A model generated the notes under the pieces. That model was not told the DNA's origin and made no database searches. It worked only from the letters and a program-made list of their open reading frames with translations. 64,000 nucleotides of DNA from Escherichia coli. GTDB taxonomy: Bacteria > Pseudomonadota > Gammaproteobacteria > Enterobacterales > Enterobacteriaceae. The translations under genes and the position numbers were made by a program. This document shows positions 54,442 to 64,000 of this stretch, piece by piece (within the stretch, counting starts at the first letter, position 1; each line of letters opens with the position of its first letter). The stretch is taken from NCBI RefSeq assembly GCF_003790525.1, contig NZ_CP033635.1. One strand, 5' to 3'.

Positions 54442-56264
54442 ACAGTCTGATTTCCCTGCGGGTTGATCGGTAAAATAAGCGTGAAGGTTGCGCCGTAGCC
54501 CGGCAAACTGGCGACGCGAATATCACCCTGATGGGCATTAATGATGCGTTGACTTAACGCCAGACCAAGCCCGGTTCCTGAGGCTTTGGTGGTGAAAAAG
54601 GGATCGAAGATCTTTTTTTGCAGCGAGAGATCAATGCCACAGCCGTTGTCCTCTATCGAAATGGCCTGTTGTGAGTCGCTGTATTGCCAGGTTCGAATGC
54701 GAATTTTCCCTCGTGCACTGATAGCCTGGACGGCATTGATCAGGATATTCAGTAGTACCTGTTTGAGCAGTTCACGATCGGCGTTAATCGGGCTTAATTC
54801 ATTATCCAGTTCGCTTATGAAGTCGACCCGCGCTTGTACGCCGGCGGTTTGTACCAGTACCAGAGTTTCTTCAACCAATGCATTGAGGCTGACTTGTTGC
54901 CATTGACTGTGGCGTGGACGTGAAAATTCGAGCAATTGCTGAATAACTTTGTTAATTGAATCAATTTCTTTGAGTACTACGGACAGATATTCCTGATGTA
55001 TTAGGTCGCTGGTTTGTTGGCGCAAGATCTGTACATAACCACGAATAGCCGTTAGCGGATTACGTACTTCATGCGCCACGCCAGCCATCAGCTCACCCAG
55101 TGTGGCGAGGCGTTCTGCTTGCGCCATGCGGCGCTGGGTTTCTTTGCGGGCAGTTAAATCAGAGAAAATCACCAAAGCACCTATCATTTCACCGTGCGTG
55201 TTATGAATACGACTGGTCGTGACACTGAGTTCAATGGTGCGGTCACGGCCTGGAAAACTGATCTCCAGCGCCACATGTTCGGTGCCATGTTCCAGCGTAT
55301 CCAGTACTGGACTGTAGAACTGAGTATTGTCGAACAACATGGAGTAAGGCTGCCCTACCAGTTCATGACGTTGATAGCCAGTGATGACTTCTGCTGCCGG
55401 GTTCATGGTGGTTACATCACCCTGGCGGTCAATGGCAATGACGCCATCGGCAGCGTTTTCAATAATCAGATCGTTAAGTGTCCGCGTTTCACGCAGTGCC
55501 TGGGCGAGGTTGTTAACACTCTGACTGATTTGCCCCATTTCACCGGGCAATTGTGGTAATCGAGTGGGAATATTTTGTGCCAGAGTCGAGAGGCCATCGG
55601 TGATGATATCTATATTGGCGCTCAGGCGACGGGAGAAAAGGACAATCAACAGCAGGCTTATCAGCAAACCGGCGGTGAGCACAATGATAATCCTCACATC
55701 CATTTTCCAGGCCTGGCGGCGAATATCTTCGGTTAATTCATTGGCCCAGATATAGCCGAGGATTTCACCATTACGCTCAATGGGAATCATTGAATTCAAA
55801 ATATCGCCGCGCACCTGCCTGCCTGAATAAACCAAAGGGGTATTTGTACGCATGACTTCGCGACCAGGGTGATCTGCGGCAATGGTAACGCCGACATTAT
55901 TCTGATATAGCGCTGAAGGCGCGTAGGTGATTATCGCATCCAGCGTTTTGTTGTAATAACCAGCGCCGATGCCAGGGAAGGCGTGAGTGATATTTTCGGT
56001 AATGGGGGCAAGTTCTGCATTTAATGCGCGGATACGCTCCTCACGTGGTAAGTCGATGTAGAGATCATAGCGATCGCCTAGTGCCTGATTAAGCAGGTTG
56101 ACCACGGCAGAAAGTTTTTTCTCTTTTTCAGATAAGACTGCTGAACGTCCTTCCGTTTCTACGATATAACCAATAGTAAGCGTTGGGACAATGACCATCA
56201 GGATTGCCATCAGGATCATTTGATTGCGTAAGCGGCGTGGATAAATCCACTTCATATAATGCAT
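54438..56264 (-). CDS. atoS: AtoS, sensor histidine kinase
   Basis: ORF 54438-56276 with start trimmed to MHYMKWIYPRRLRN, about 608 aa; PAS, HisKA (HEVRNP) and HATPase domains. Confidence 0.9.
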   Translation of the reverse strand: MHYMKWIYPRRLRNQMILMAILMVIVPTLTIGYIVETEGRSAVLSEKEKKLSAVVNLLNQALGDRYDLYIDLPREERIRALNAELAPITENITHAFPGIGAGYYNKTLDAIITYAPSALYQNNVGVTIAADHPGREVMRTNTPLVYSGRQVRGDILNSMIPIERNGEILGYIWANELTEDIRRQAWKMDVRIIIVLTAGLLISLLLIVLFSRRLSANIDIITDGLSTLAQNIPTRLPQLPGEMGQISQSVNNLAQALRETRTLNDLIIENAADGVIAIDRQGDVTTMNPAAEVITGYQRHELVGQPYSMLFDNTQFYSPVLDTLEHGTEHVALEISFPGRDRTIELSVTTSRIHNTHGEMIGALVIFSDLTARKETQRRMAQAERLATLGELMAGVAHEVRNPLTAIRGYVQILRQQTSDLIHQEYLSVVLKEIDSINKVIQQLLEFSRPRHSQWQQVSLNALVEETLVLVQTAGVQARVDFISELDNELSPINADRELLKQVLLNILINAVQAISARGKIRIRTWQYSDSQQAISIEDNGCGIDLSLQKKIFDPFFTTKASGTGLGLALSQRIINAHQGDIRVASLPGYGATFTLILPINPQGNQTV

Positions 56265-56430
56265 GCTGAAATCCACTAGTCTTGTCCGGTATATGACGAT
56301 TATCAGAGGTTAAGGTGATGATTTCTCGGCGGTGTATCATATTCCAGAGAAGAGAGAACATTGCGGTAACACGCTTTTACCGCTACCTTAACCACACTCC
56401 ATCGGTCACCTGAGGCGGAGCTTCGCCCCT

Positions 56431-59280
56431 TTGAAATACCTTGCTTCTTTTCGTACAACCCTGAAAGCCTCGCGCTACATGTTCAGAGCATTGGCGTTAG
56501 TGCTCTGGCTGTTGATTGCTTTTTCATCCGTTTTTTACATCGTTAATGCGTTACATCAGCGAGAATCGGAAATTCGTCAGGAATTTAATCTGAGTTCCGA
56601 TCAGGCTCAGCGCTTTATTCAACGCACCTCTGATGTGATGAAAGAGCTGAAGTACATCGCCGAAAATCGCTTATCGGCAGAAAACGGTGTGCTTTCCCCG
56701 CGTGGACGAGAAACGCAGACGGATGTGCCTGCGTTTGAACCGCTGTTTGCTGACTCTGATTGTTCCGCAATGAGTAACACCTGGCGAGGTTCTCTGGAGT
56801 CATTGGCGTGGTTTATGCGCTACTGGCGCGATAATTTTTCTGCGGCTTACGATCTCAACCGGGTATTTTTAATCGGCAGCGATAACCTCTGCATGGCCAA
56901 TTTCGGTCTGCGTGATATGCCAGTGGAACGCGATACCGCGCTAAAAGCTTTGCATGAACGCATTAATAAATATCGAAATGCACCACAAGATGATAGTGGC
57001 AGTAACCTCTACTGGATCAGCGAAGGTCCGCGCCCTGGCGTCGGGTATTTTTACGCGTTGACGCCAGTTTATCTGGCGAACCGGTTGCAGGCGCTTTTGG
57101 GTGTCGAGCAGACCATCCGGATGGAGAACTTTTTCTTGCCTGGTACGTTGCCGATGGGGGTTACCATTCTTGATGAAAATGGTCATACCCTGATTTCGCT
57201 TACCGGACCAGAAAGCAAAATTAAGGGCGATCCTCGCTGGATGCAGGAACGCTCCTGGTTTGGCTATACGGAAGGGTTCCGGGAGCTGGTGCTGAAGAAA
57301 AATCTGCCACCCTCATCGCTAAGCATCGTGTATTCGGTGCCGGTTGATAAGGTGCTGGAACGCATTCGCATGTTGATCCTTAACGCAATTTTGCTGAATG
57401 TGCTTGCCGGAGCTGCATTGTTTACTCTCGCGCGGATGTACGAGCGACGTATTTTCATTCCGGCGGAAAGCGACGCCCTGCGACTGGAAGAACATGAGCA
57501 GTTTAATCGCAAGATTGTCGCCTCCGCGCCAGTGGGTATCTGCATTTTGCGTACCGCTGATGGCGTCAATATTTTAAGTAACGAACTGGCGCATACCTAT
57601 CTCAATATGCTTACGCATGAGGATCGCCAACGGCTGACACAAATTATCTGTGGGCAGCAGGTCAATTTTGTTGATGTCCTGACCAGCAACAATACCAATC
57701 TGCAAATCAGCTTCGTCCATTCGCGCTATCGTAATGAAAACGTGGCCATTTGTGTGCTGGTGGATGTTTCTTCGCGCGTGAAGATGGAAGAGTCGTTGCA
57801 GGAGATGGCACAAGCAGCGGAACAGGCGAGTCAGTCAAAATCGATGTTCCTTGCCACCGTCAGTCATGAGCTGCGAACGCCGCTGTATGGCATTATCGGT
57901 AACCTGGATCTATTGCAAACCAAAGAGTTGCCGAAAGGCGTCGATCGTCTGGTGACGGCAATGAACAACTCTTCCAGCCTGTTGTTGAAAATTATCAGCG
58001 ATATTCTCGATTTCTCGAAGATTGAATCAGAACAGTTGAAGATCGAACCGCGTGAGTTTTCACCGCGTGAAGTGATGAACCACATCACCGCCAACTATTT
58101 ACCGCTGGTGGTACGCAAGCAGTTAGGCTTGTACTGCTTTATTGAACCGGATGTGCCAGTGGCCTTAAATGGCGACCCGATGCGTTTACAGCAGGTCATC
58201 TCCAACCTGTTGAGTAACGCCATAAAATTCACCGATACCGGCTGTATAGTTTTGCAAGTTCGCGCTGATGGCGATTATCTCTCTATCCGTGTTCGCGATA
58301 CCGGCGTGGGGATTCCGGCGAAAGAAGTCGTGCGCTTGTTTGATCCCTTCTTCCAGGTCGGAACGGGCGTACAGCGAAACTTCCAGGGGACCGGTCTGGG
58401 TCTGGCGATTTGTGAAAAACTGATCAGCATGATGGACGGCGACATCTCGGTAGATTCAGAACCGGGAATGGGCAGCCAGTTTACCGTGCGTATTCCGTTG
58501 TACGGCGCTCAGTACCCGCAGAAAAAAGGCGTGGAAGGGTTGAGTGGTAAACGCTGCTGGCTGGCGGTCCGCAATGCGTCGCTCTGTCAGTTCCTGGAAA
58601 CCAGTTTGCAGCGCAGCGGCATCGTCGTTACAACATACGAAGGGCAGGAACCGACTCCCGAAGATGTGTTAATTACTGACGAGGTAGTGAGTAAAAAATG
58701 GCAGGGTAGAGCGGTAGTGACCTTCTGTCGTCGCCATATTGGTATTCCGCTGGAGAAAGCGCCAGGGGAGTGGGTACACAGTGTGGCGGCCCCGCATGAG
58801 CTACCGGCATTGTTGGCGCGTATTTATTTGATCGAGATGGAGAGCGATGATCCTGCTAACGCTCTGCCGTCGACGGACAAAGCGGTCAGCGATAACGACG
58901 ATATGATGATTCTGGTCGTGGATGATCATCCGATTAACCGGCGTCTTCTGGCAGATCAGTTGGGATCGTTGGGCTATCAATGTAAAACCGCGAATGATGG
59001 CGTCGATGCGCTTAATGTACTTAGCAAGAATCATATTGATATCGTGCTTAGCGACGTCAACATGCCAAATATGGATGGTTACCGCTTGACGCAACGCATT
59101 CGTCAGTTGGGACTGACGTTGCCGGTAATCGGAGTAACTGCTAATGCGTTGGCTGAAGAGAAGCAGCGGTGTCTGGAGTCCGGTATGGACAGCTGCCTGT
59201 CGAAGCCGGTAACGCTGGATGTGATAAAACAGACGCTGACGGTATATGCCGAGAGGGTCAGGAAATCGCGGGAATCGTAG
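56431..59280 (+). CDS. rcsC: RcsC, hybrid sensor histidine kinase of the Rcs phosphorelay
   Basis: 949-aa ORF with HisKA (SHELRTP), HATPase and C-terminal receiver domain. Confidence 0.95.
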   Translation: MKYLASFRTTLKASRYMFRALALVLWLLIAFSSVFYIVNALHQRESEIRQEFNLSSDQAQRFIQRTSDVMKELKYIAENRLSAENGVLSPRGRETQTDVPAFEPLFADSDCSAMSNTWRGSLESLAWFMRYWRDNFSAAYDLNRVFLIGSDNLCMANFGLRDMPVERDTALKALHERINKYRNAPQDDSGSNLYWISEGPRPGVGYFYALTPVYLANRLQALLGVEQTIRMENFFLPGTLPMGVTILDENGHTLISLTGPESKIKGDPRWMQERSWFGYTEGFRELVLKKNLPPSSLSIVYSVPVDKVLERIRMLILNAILLNVLAGAALFTLARMYERRIFIPAESDALRLEEHEQFNRKIVASAPVGICILRTADGVNILSNELAHTYLNMLTHEDRQRLTQIICGQQVNFVDVLTSNNTNLQISFVHSRYRNENVAICVLVDVSSRVKMEESLQEMAQAAEQASQSKSMFLATVSHELRTPLYGIIGNLDLLQTKELPKGVDRLVTAMNNSSSLLLKIISDILDFSKIESEQLKIEPREFSPREVMNHITANYLPLVVRKQLGLYCFIEPDVPVALNGDPMRLQQVISNLLSNAIKFTDTGCIVLQVRADGDYLSIRVRDTGVGIPAKEVVRLFDPFFQVGTGVQRNFQGTGLGLAICEKLISMMDGDISVDSEPGMGSQFTVRIPLYGAQYPQKKGVEGLSGKRCWLAVRNASLCQFLETSLQRSGIVVTTYEGQEPTPEDVLITDEVVSKKWQGRAVVTFCRRHIGIPLEKAPGEWVHSVAAPHELPALLARIYLIEMESDDPANALPSTDKAVSDNDDMMILVVDDHPINRRLLADQLGSLGYQCKTANDGVDALNVLSKNHIDIVLSDVNMPNMDGYRLTQRIRQLGLTLPVIGVTANALAEEKQRCLESGMDSCLSKPVTLDVIKQTLTVYAERVRKSRES

Positions 59281-59365
59281 GACGGATAAGGCGTTTACGC
59301 CGCATCTGGCATTCAGTGCAAATGCCAGATAAGACACTAACGCGTCTTATCTGGCCTACAGGTGA
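59281..59365. repeat. REP elements between convergent rcsC and rcsB
   Basis: ggacggataaggcgtttacgccgcatctggca … gccagataagacac…gcgtcttatctggcctac REP motifs. Confidence 0.75.
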
Positions 59366-60016
59366 TTAGTCTTTATCTGCCGGACTTAACGTCACTGAAG
59401 AGAGATAATTCAGCAGGGCGATATCGTTCTCGACACCCAGCTTCATCATCGCAGATTTCTTCTGGCTACTGATGGTTTTAATACTGCGGTTCAGCTTTTT
59501 AGCGATCTCGGTCACCAGGAAGCCTTCCGCAAACAGGCGCAGAACTTCACTCTCTTTTGGCGAGAGACGCTTGTCACCGTAACCACCGGCACTGATTTTT
59601 TCCAACAGGCGAGAAACGCTTTCCGGGGTAAATTTCTTCCCTTTCTGCAGCGCGGCGAGAGCTTTCGGCAGATCGGTCGGTGCACCTTGTTTCAGCACGA
59701 TCCCTTCGATATCCAGATCCAATACCGCACTAAGAATCGCCGGGTTGTTGTTCATGGTCAGAACAATGATCGACAGGCTTGGGAAATGGCGCTTGATGTA
59801 CTTGATTAAGGTAATGCCATCGCCGTACTTATCGCCAGGCATGGAGAGATCGGTAATCAACACATGCGCATCCAGTTTCGGCAGGTTGTTGATCAGTGCT
59901 GTAGAGTCTTCAAATTCGCCGACAACATTCACCCACTCAATTTGCTCAAGTGATTTGCGAATACCGAACAAGACTATCGGATGGTCATCGGCAATAATTA
60001 CGTTCATATTGTTCAT
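59366..60016 (-). CDS. rcsB: RcsB, Rcs phosphorelay response regulator (LuxR/FixJ family)
   Basis: ORF 59366-60061 with start trimmed to MNNMNVIIADDHPIVLFGIR, 216 aa. Confidence 0.95.
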   Translation of the reverse strand: MNNMNVIIADDHPIVLFGIRKSLEQIEWVNVVGEFEDSTALINNLPKLDAHVLITDLSMPGDKYGDGITLIKYIKRHFPSLSIIVLTMNNNPAILSAVLDLDIEGIVLKQGAPTDLPKALAALQKGKKFTPESVSRLLEKISAGGYGDKRLSPKESEVLRLFAEGFLVTEIAKKLNRSIKTISSQKKSAMMKLGVENDIALLNYLSSVTLSPADKD

Positions 60017-60032
60017 GTAATAGGCTACCTTG

Positions 60033-62705
60033 CTACAGCAAGCTCTTGACATAACTGTCAATGTCGCTGATGTATTTTTCTATTCCTGGAACATCCTTCT
60101 CACGAATCAGATGTTCCAGCGTTTCACATAACTGCTTGCCGGGTACCAGATTTAGCATGGCAAATACGCCTTTAAGACGATGAGCCGTTTGGGCTAACGC
60201 AGCAAAGTCACTGGTTGCTGCTTCAGTATACAGCCTCTTAACATCATCCGGTACTGTGTCTACAAAGAGCGCATAATAGCCGCTGGCATGGAGTTGCGCA
60301 TTTTCATCTCCGCCCAGAGGCGATTCTGTCACCTCTTCCTGCGCCAGTTGCACTTCAATTAATTGTAAGACCGCTTCCTGCATAGCGTTGCTCATATTGA
60401 AGTTGACGCACAATTGACCAGGCCCAATTTCCCGTACGCCAGACTCATCATCGCTTAAAAGCAAGCCAGAGGCAGTAAGATTAGACGGATTATCCGTTAA
60501 AAAGATATCATAATCTTGACTAATTAATCTTTCATCGGGTGTGATACAGGTTGCACCCCAATTTTCTAACTGGCGAGTGACAATATTCCGAATTTCTGCC
60601 GAAGTAACATCCACCATTACGCAGACATCATCCAGTAATCGCTCTTCTTCCTCTTCAACTTTCGGGTCAGCTGCGAGCATTTTGATATGCACAGAGTAGC
60701 GTGTACCAAGCCCATCCCGCGTTTTGATGTTTAAATGACCGCCCAGTTTACGCGCCAGTTGATCGCTCAGCCAGAATGCCAGCGGGTCCGCCTTGCCATA
60801 GCGATCGTTTTGGGTCTGGTTGATAAACGGGAAGTGCAAATTATCCATTTCATGAATACTTACGCCTTCTCCCGTGTCCAGAATGCGGAACGTCAGGCGG
60901 TCTTCGGAGGACTCATCCTGATCAACCTCAAGGGTGATTTTTCCCAATTGCGTTGAGGTCACGGCATATTGCATCAGTAGCAGCAAAATACGTCGTAAGG
61001 CATCGCGATCGCCGCGGCGCATATCGTGTGCTTTCAGATGATTGTTAATCAGCAGTTGCAGACCTTTACGCTTGATGGCAGGCAACACTGAAGGCACAAC
61101 TTCATCAATTAAATCCTGCACGGAGAACAGCACCGTCTCACTTTTCCAGCTATCGTCCGCAAGCATGTTCGCTAACTGTATTTCATCGACCAGCCGCACC
61201 AGCACATCCGCCTGATTCGTCAGTTGTTTGCCTTCCGGGGCGTTGAGTTTAGCCGCGCTCTCCGCCAGGGACTGTGCGGGTTCTTTCAGCGCATCGCCAA
61301 TGTTTTTCATAAAGGTCATCCGCCCCTGCTGGTTTTTCTCATACAGACGCTGCGCCTGCTTGAGTTTCTTGTTTACCAGCACTTCGCGATCCTGATCGCG
61401 AATAATGAAAATTTGTGTGCGCGGCGCAACCTGGCTGCGGAACATGCGGATCTCATACAGCTCGTTATTGATCGTCGCCTGAATAATCCCCTGATGCTGT
61501 TCCGCCATGGTGGTGATGTTTTGCAGATTCAAATGCGGCAGCAAATGATCGGCAATTTTGTTACTTATGACTGTGCGGTTCGATTCCTGATCGTGAACCA
61601 GCAGGCCGAGCGGCAGCAGTGAGACTATCTCTTCATTAATTGCCCGTAAAATGCGCAATTCGTTATTGACCGCCGTGCTGGGGACGCTTTCTGTACTGCG
61701 GCTGGAGAAATGGCGGAATGTGGTATAGCCAAATAACGCCAGCGCCAGCAAACCGATGTTCAGCAGCAGTGGCAGCAGAATGTTTTGCAACGTATCCAGC
61801 AATAAGGTGCCATAAGGAACCTGCCAGACCAGTCGCATATCGGTAGAGTTGAGTGCCGAGGAGATTTCAATCTTCGTACTGTTAAAGTGGATACTGACGC
61901 TATCCGTCCCTTCTTTCTCATTATCATTGTCTCCCGTTGCCGTCGCGTCTGGCTCAAGGCGGAAACTGTCCAGCGGCATGCCCGGTGGGATCAAATCATT
62001 AATCGGCAGATCAAAAGCCACAACCGTTGCCAGATGTCCCGGCTGGTTAAAGGTGGTACGTAAGGTAAAGTAATGACCGTTCTGCCAGGCCAGGCGGCGC
62101 ATGTTAGAAAAGCTTTCGCGTTCATCGAGGGCGTTGGCCTGTTGCAACATCTCTGCACGACGTGAATCAACAATGTCGCTGACGGTCGATTCTTTAAATC
62201 CGGAGGTGAGATCTTTGAGGGGCAGGGTTGAGATCAGCACCAGACTGTTATCCTGACCATTCAGGTAATACATCGACCACGGTACATTTTCTGCGCCCCA
62301 CAATGTGTCCAGATAGGTGGACATCCGTTGAGTCATCTCAAGCGTTGAGTTGTCGTGAGAGCCAAAGATTAACGCTTCCGTTTTGCGGCGTGGTTTCTCC
62401 AGATAGTAGACATCCTGTTTCAGGCGCGTCTCTTGTAAACCTTCGCCGGAGGAGGGGGAGGTCGTCGCGGCAATGTTGTCGTAGATCTGCCAGGTCACGT
62501 AACGCCAGGTATCGACGCGCTTTTGGATAGCGTGGGTAATGTCGACAATCTGGTAACTTTTATCTTTCAGCCAGGCGTTAACAGCGCTTTGTACCATTAC
62601 TCCCATCGTCACCAGTAACACAATGATCAACAGTAAAAAGAAGCGGGTAATGCTCCCCGGTAGGAGTGAAAAGCGGGTCGTGGCCGTTGTCTCTTTCTGA
62701 CGCAT
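60033..62705 (-). CDS. rcsD: RcsD, Rcs phosphotransfer (HPt) protein
   Basis: 890-aa ORF with N-terminal membrane/periplasmic region, pseudo-kinase region and C-terminal HPt domain. Confidence 0.95.
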   Translation of the reverse strand: MRQKETTATTRFSLLPGSITRFFLLLIIVLLVTMGVMVQSAVNAWLKDKSYQIVDITHAIQKRVDTWRYVTWQIYDNIAATTSPSSGEGLQETRLKQDVYYLEKPRRKTEALIFGSHDNSTLEMTQRMSTYLDTLWGAENVPWSMYYLNGQDNSLVLISTLPLKDLTSGFKESTVSDIVDSRRAEMLQQANALDERESFSNMRRLAWQNGHYFTLRTTFNQPGHLATVVAFDLPINDLIPPGMPLDSFRLEPDATATGDNDNEKEGTDSVSIHFNSTKIEISSALNSTDMRLVWQVPYGTLLLDTLQNILLPLLLNIGLLALALFGYTTFRHFSSRSTESVPSTAVNNELRILRAINEEIVSLLPLGLLVHDQESNRTVISNKIADHLLPHLNLQNITTMAEQHQGIIQATINNELYEIRMFRSQVAPRTQIFIIRDQDREVLVNKKLKQAQRLYEKNQQGRMTFMKNIGDALKEPAQSLAESAAKLNAPEGKQLTNQADVLVRLVDEIQLANMLADDSWKSETVLFSVQDLIDEVVPSVLPAIKRKGLQLLINNHLKAHDMRRGDRDALRRILLLLMQYAVTSTQLGKITLEVDQDESSEDRLTFRILDTGEGVSIHEMDNLHFPFINQTQNDRYGKADPLAFWLSDQLARKLGGHLNIKTRDGLGTRYSVHIKMLAADPKVEEEEERLLDDVCVMVDVTSAEIRNIVTRQLENWGATCITPDERLISQDYDIFLTDNPSNLTASGLLLSDDESGVREIGPGQLCVNFNMSNAMQEAVLQLIEVQLAQEEVTESPLGGDENAQLHASGYYALFVDTVPDDVKRLYTEAATSDFAALAQTAHRLKGVFAMLNLVPGKQLCETLEHLIREKDVPGIEKYISDIDSYVKSLL

Positions 62706-63016
62706 TCGTGTTTATGACCTGTTAAAACTTCGCGAAGTGATAGGGCAGTATAAAGGGTACAGTGTGAAATTCCAGACTCTTACCTGATTGATGATTCTCT
62801 ATTCTCCCGTGATATTTATCATCCTGCATTGGGGGAAATAGATGTACAAGCGCCATTTTGCTGTACAAATAACCTACAAAAAGCCCAATGAAATTAATTG
62901 CAAATAAACGAAGATTGCTGGAAATTATGCTGATGTTAATTATTTGTGAAATAGTTAACAAGCGTTATAGTTTTTCTGTGGTAGCACAGAATAATGAAAA
63001 GTGTGTAAAGAAGGGT

Positions 63017-63109
63017 AAAAAAAACCGGATGCGAGGCATCCGGTTGAAATAGGGGTAAACAGACATTCAGAAATGAATGACGGTAATAAATAAAGTTAAT
63101 GATGATAGC
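63017..63109 (-). ncRNA. micF: MicF antisense sRNA (regulator of ompF)
   Basis: Minus strand reads gctatcatcattaactttatttattaccgtcattcatttctgaatgtctgtttacccctatttcaaccggatgcctcgcatccggtttttttt, which is the MicF sequence including its terminator hairpin and U-tract; divergent from ompC. Confidence 0.9.
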
Positions 63110-63428
63110 GGGAGATATTCTAGTTGCGAGTGAAGGTTTTGTTTTGACATTCAGTGCTGTCAAATACTTAAGAATAAGTTATTGATTTTAACCTTGAATT
63201 ATTATTGCTTGATGTTAGGTGCTTATTTCGCCATTCCGCAATAATCTTAAAAAGTTCCCTTGCATTTACATTTTGAAACATCTATAGCGATAAATGAAAC
63301 ATCTTAAAAGTTTTAGTATCATATTCGTGTTGGATTATTCTGCATTTTTGGGGAGAATGGACCTGCCGACTGATTAATGAGGGTTAATCAGTATGCAGTG
63401 GCATAAAAAAGCAAATAAAGGCATATAA

Positions 63429-64000
<572 letters not shown>

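Overview
Enterobacterial chromosome segment of Escherichia coli type, colinear with the K-12 arn / rhm / glp / nrd / gyrA / ato / rcs / ompC region but in inverted orientation. All gene identities come from reading the supplied ORF translations and raw sequence against remembered protein families; no database search was run. Left to right: arnD (partial), arnA, arnC, arnB, ais, nudI, yfaZ, yfaY, rhmRDTA, ypaA/rpnB, glpCBA, glpTQ, an intact LysR regulator plus MFS transporter, inaA, yfaE, nrdBA, yfaL autotransporter, ubiG, an AT-rich three-gene insert (GntR regulator, sugar-acid-type MFS transporter, GalD-like enolase-superfamily dehydratase), an ERIC repeat, gyrA, the yfaA-yfaT-yfaS-yfaQ-yfaP alpha-2-macroglobulin cluster, atoBEAD, atoCS, rcsC, rcsB, rcsD, micF sRNA and the start of ompC. 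No CRISPR, tRNA, rRNA, IS element or integrase was seen. The best candidates for a poorly described system are the five-gene exported yfaA-P alpha-2-macroglobulin cluster, the sugar-acid island inserted between ubiG and gyrA, and the rpnB/ypaA nuclease locus with its duplicated small-protein module. The clearest single observation is that gyrA carries Leu83 and Asn87, the classic fluoroquinolone-resistance pair.
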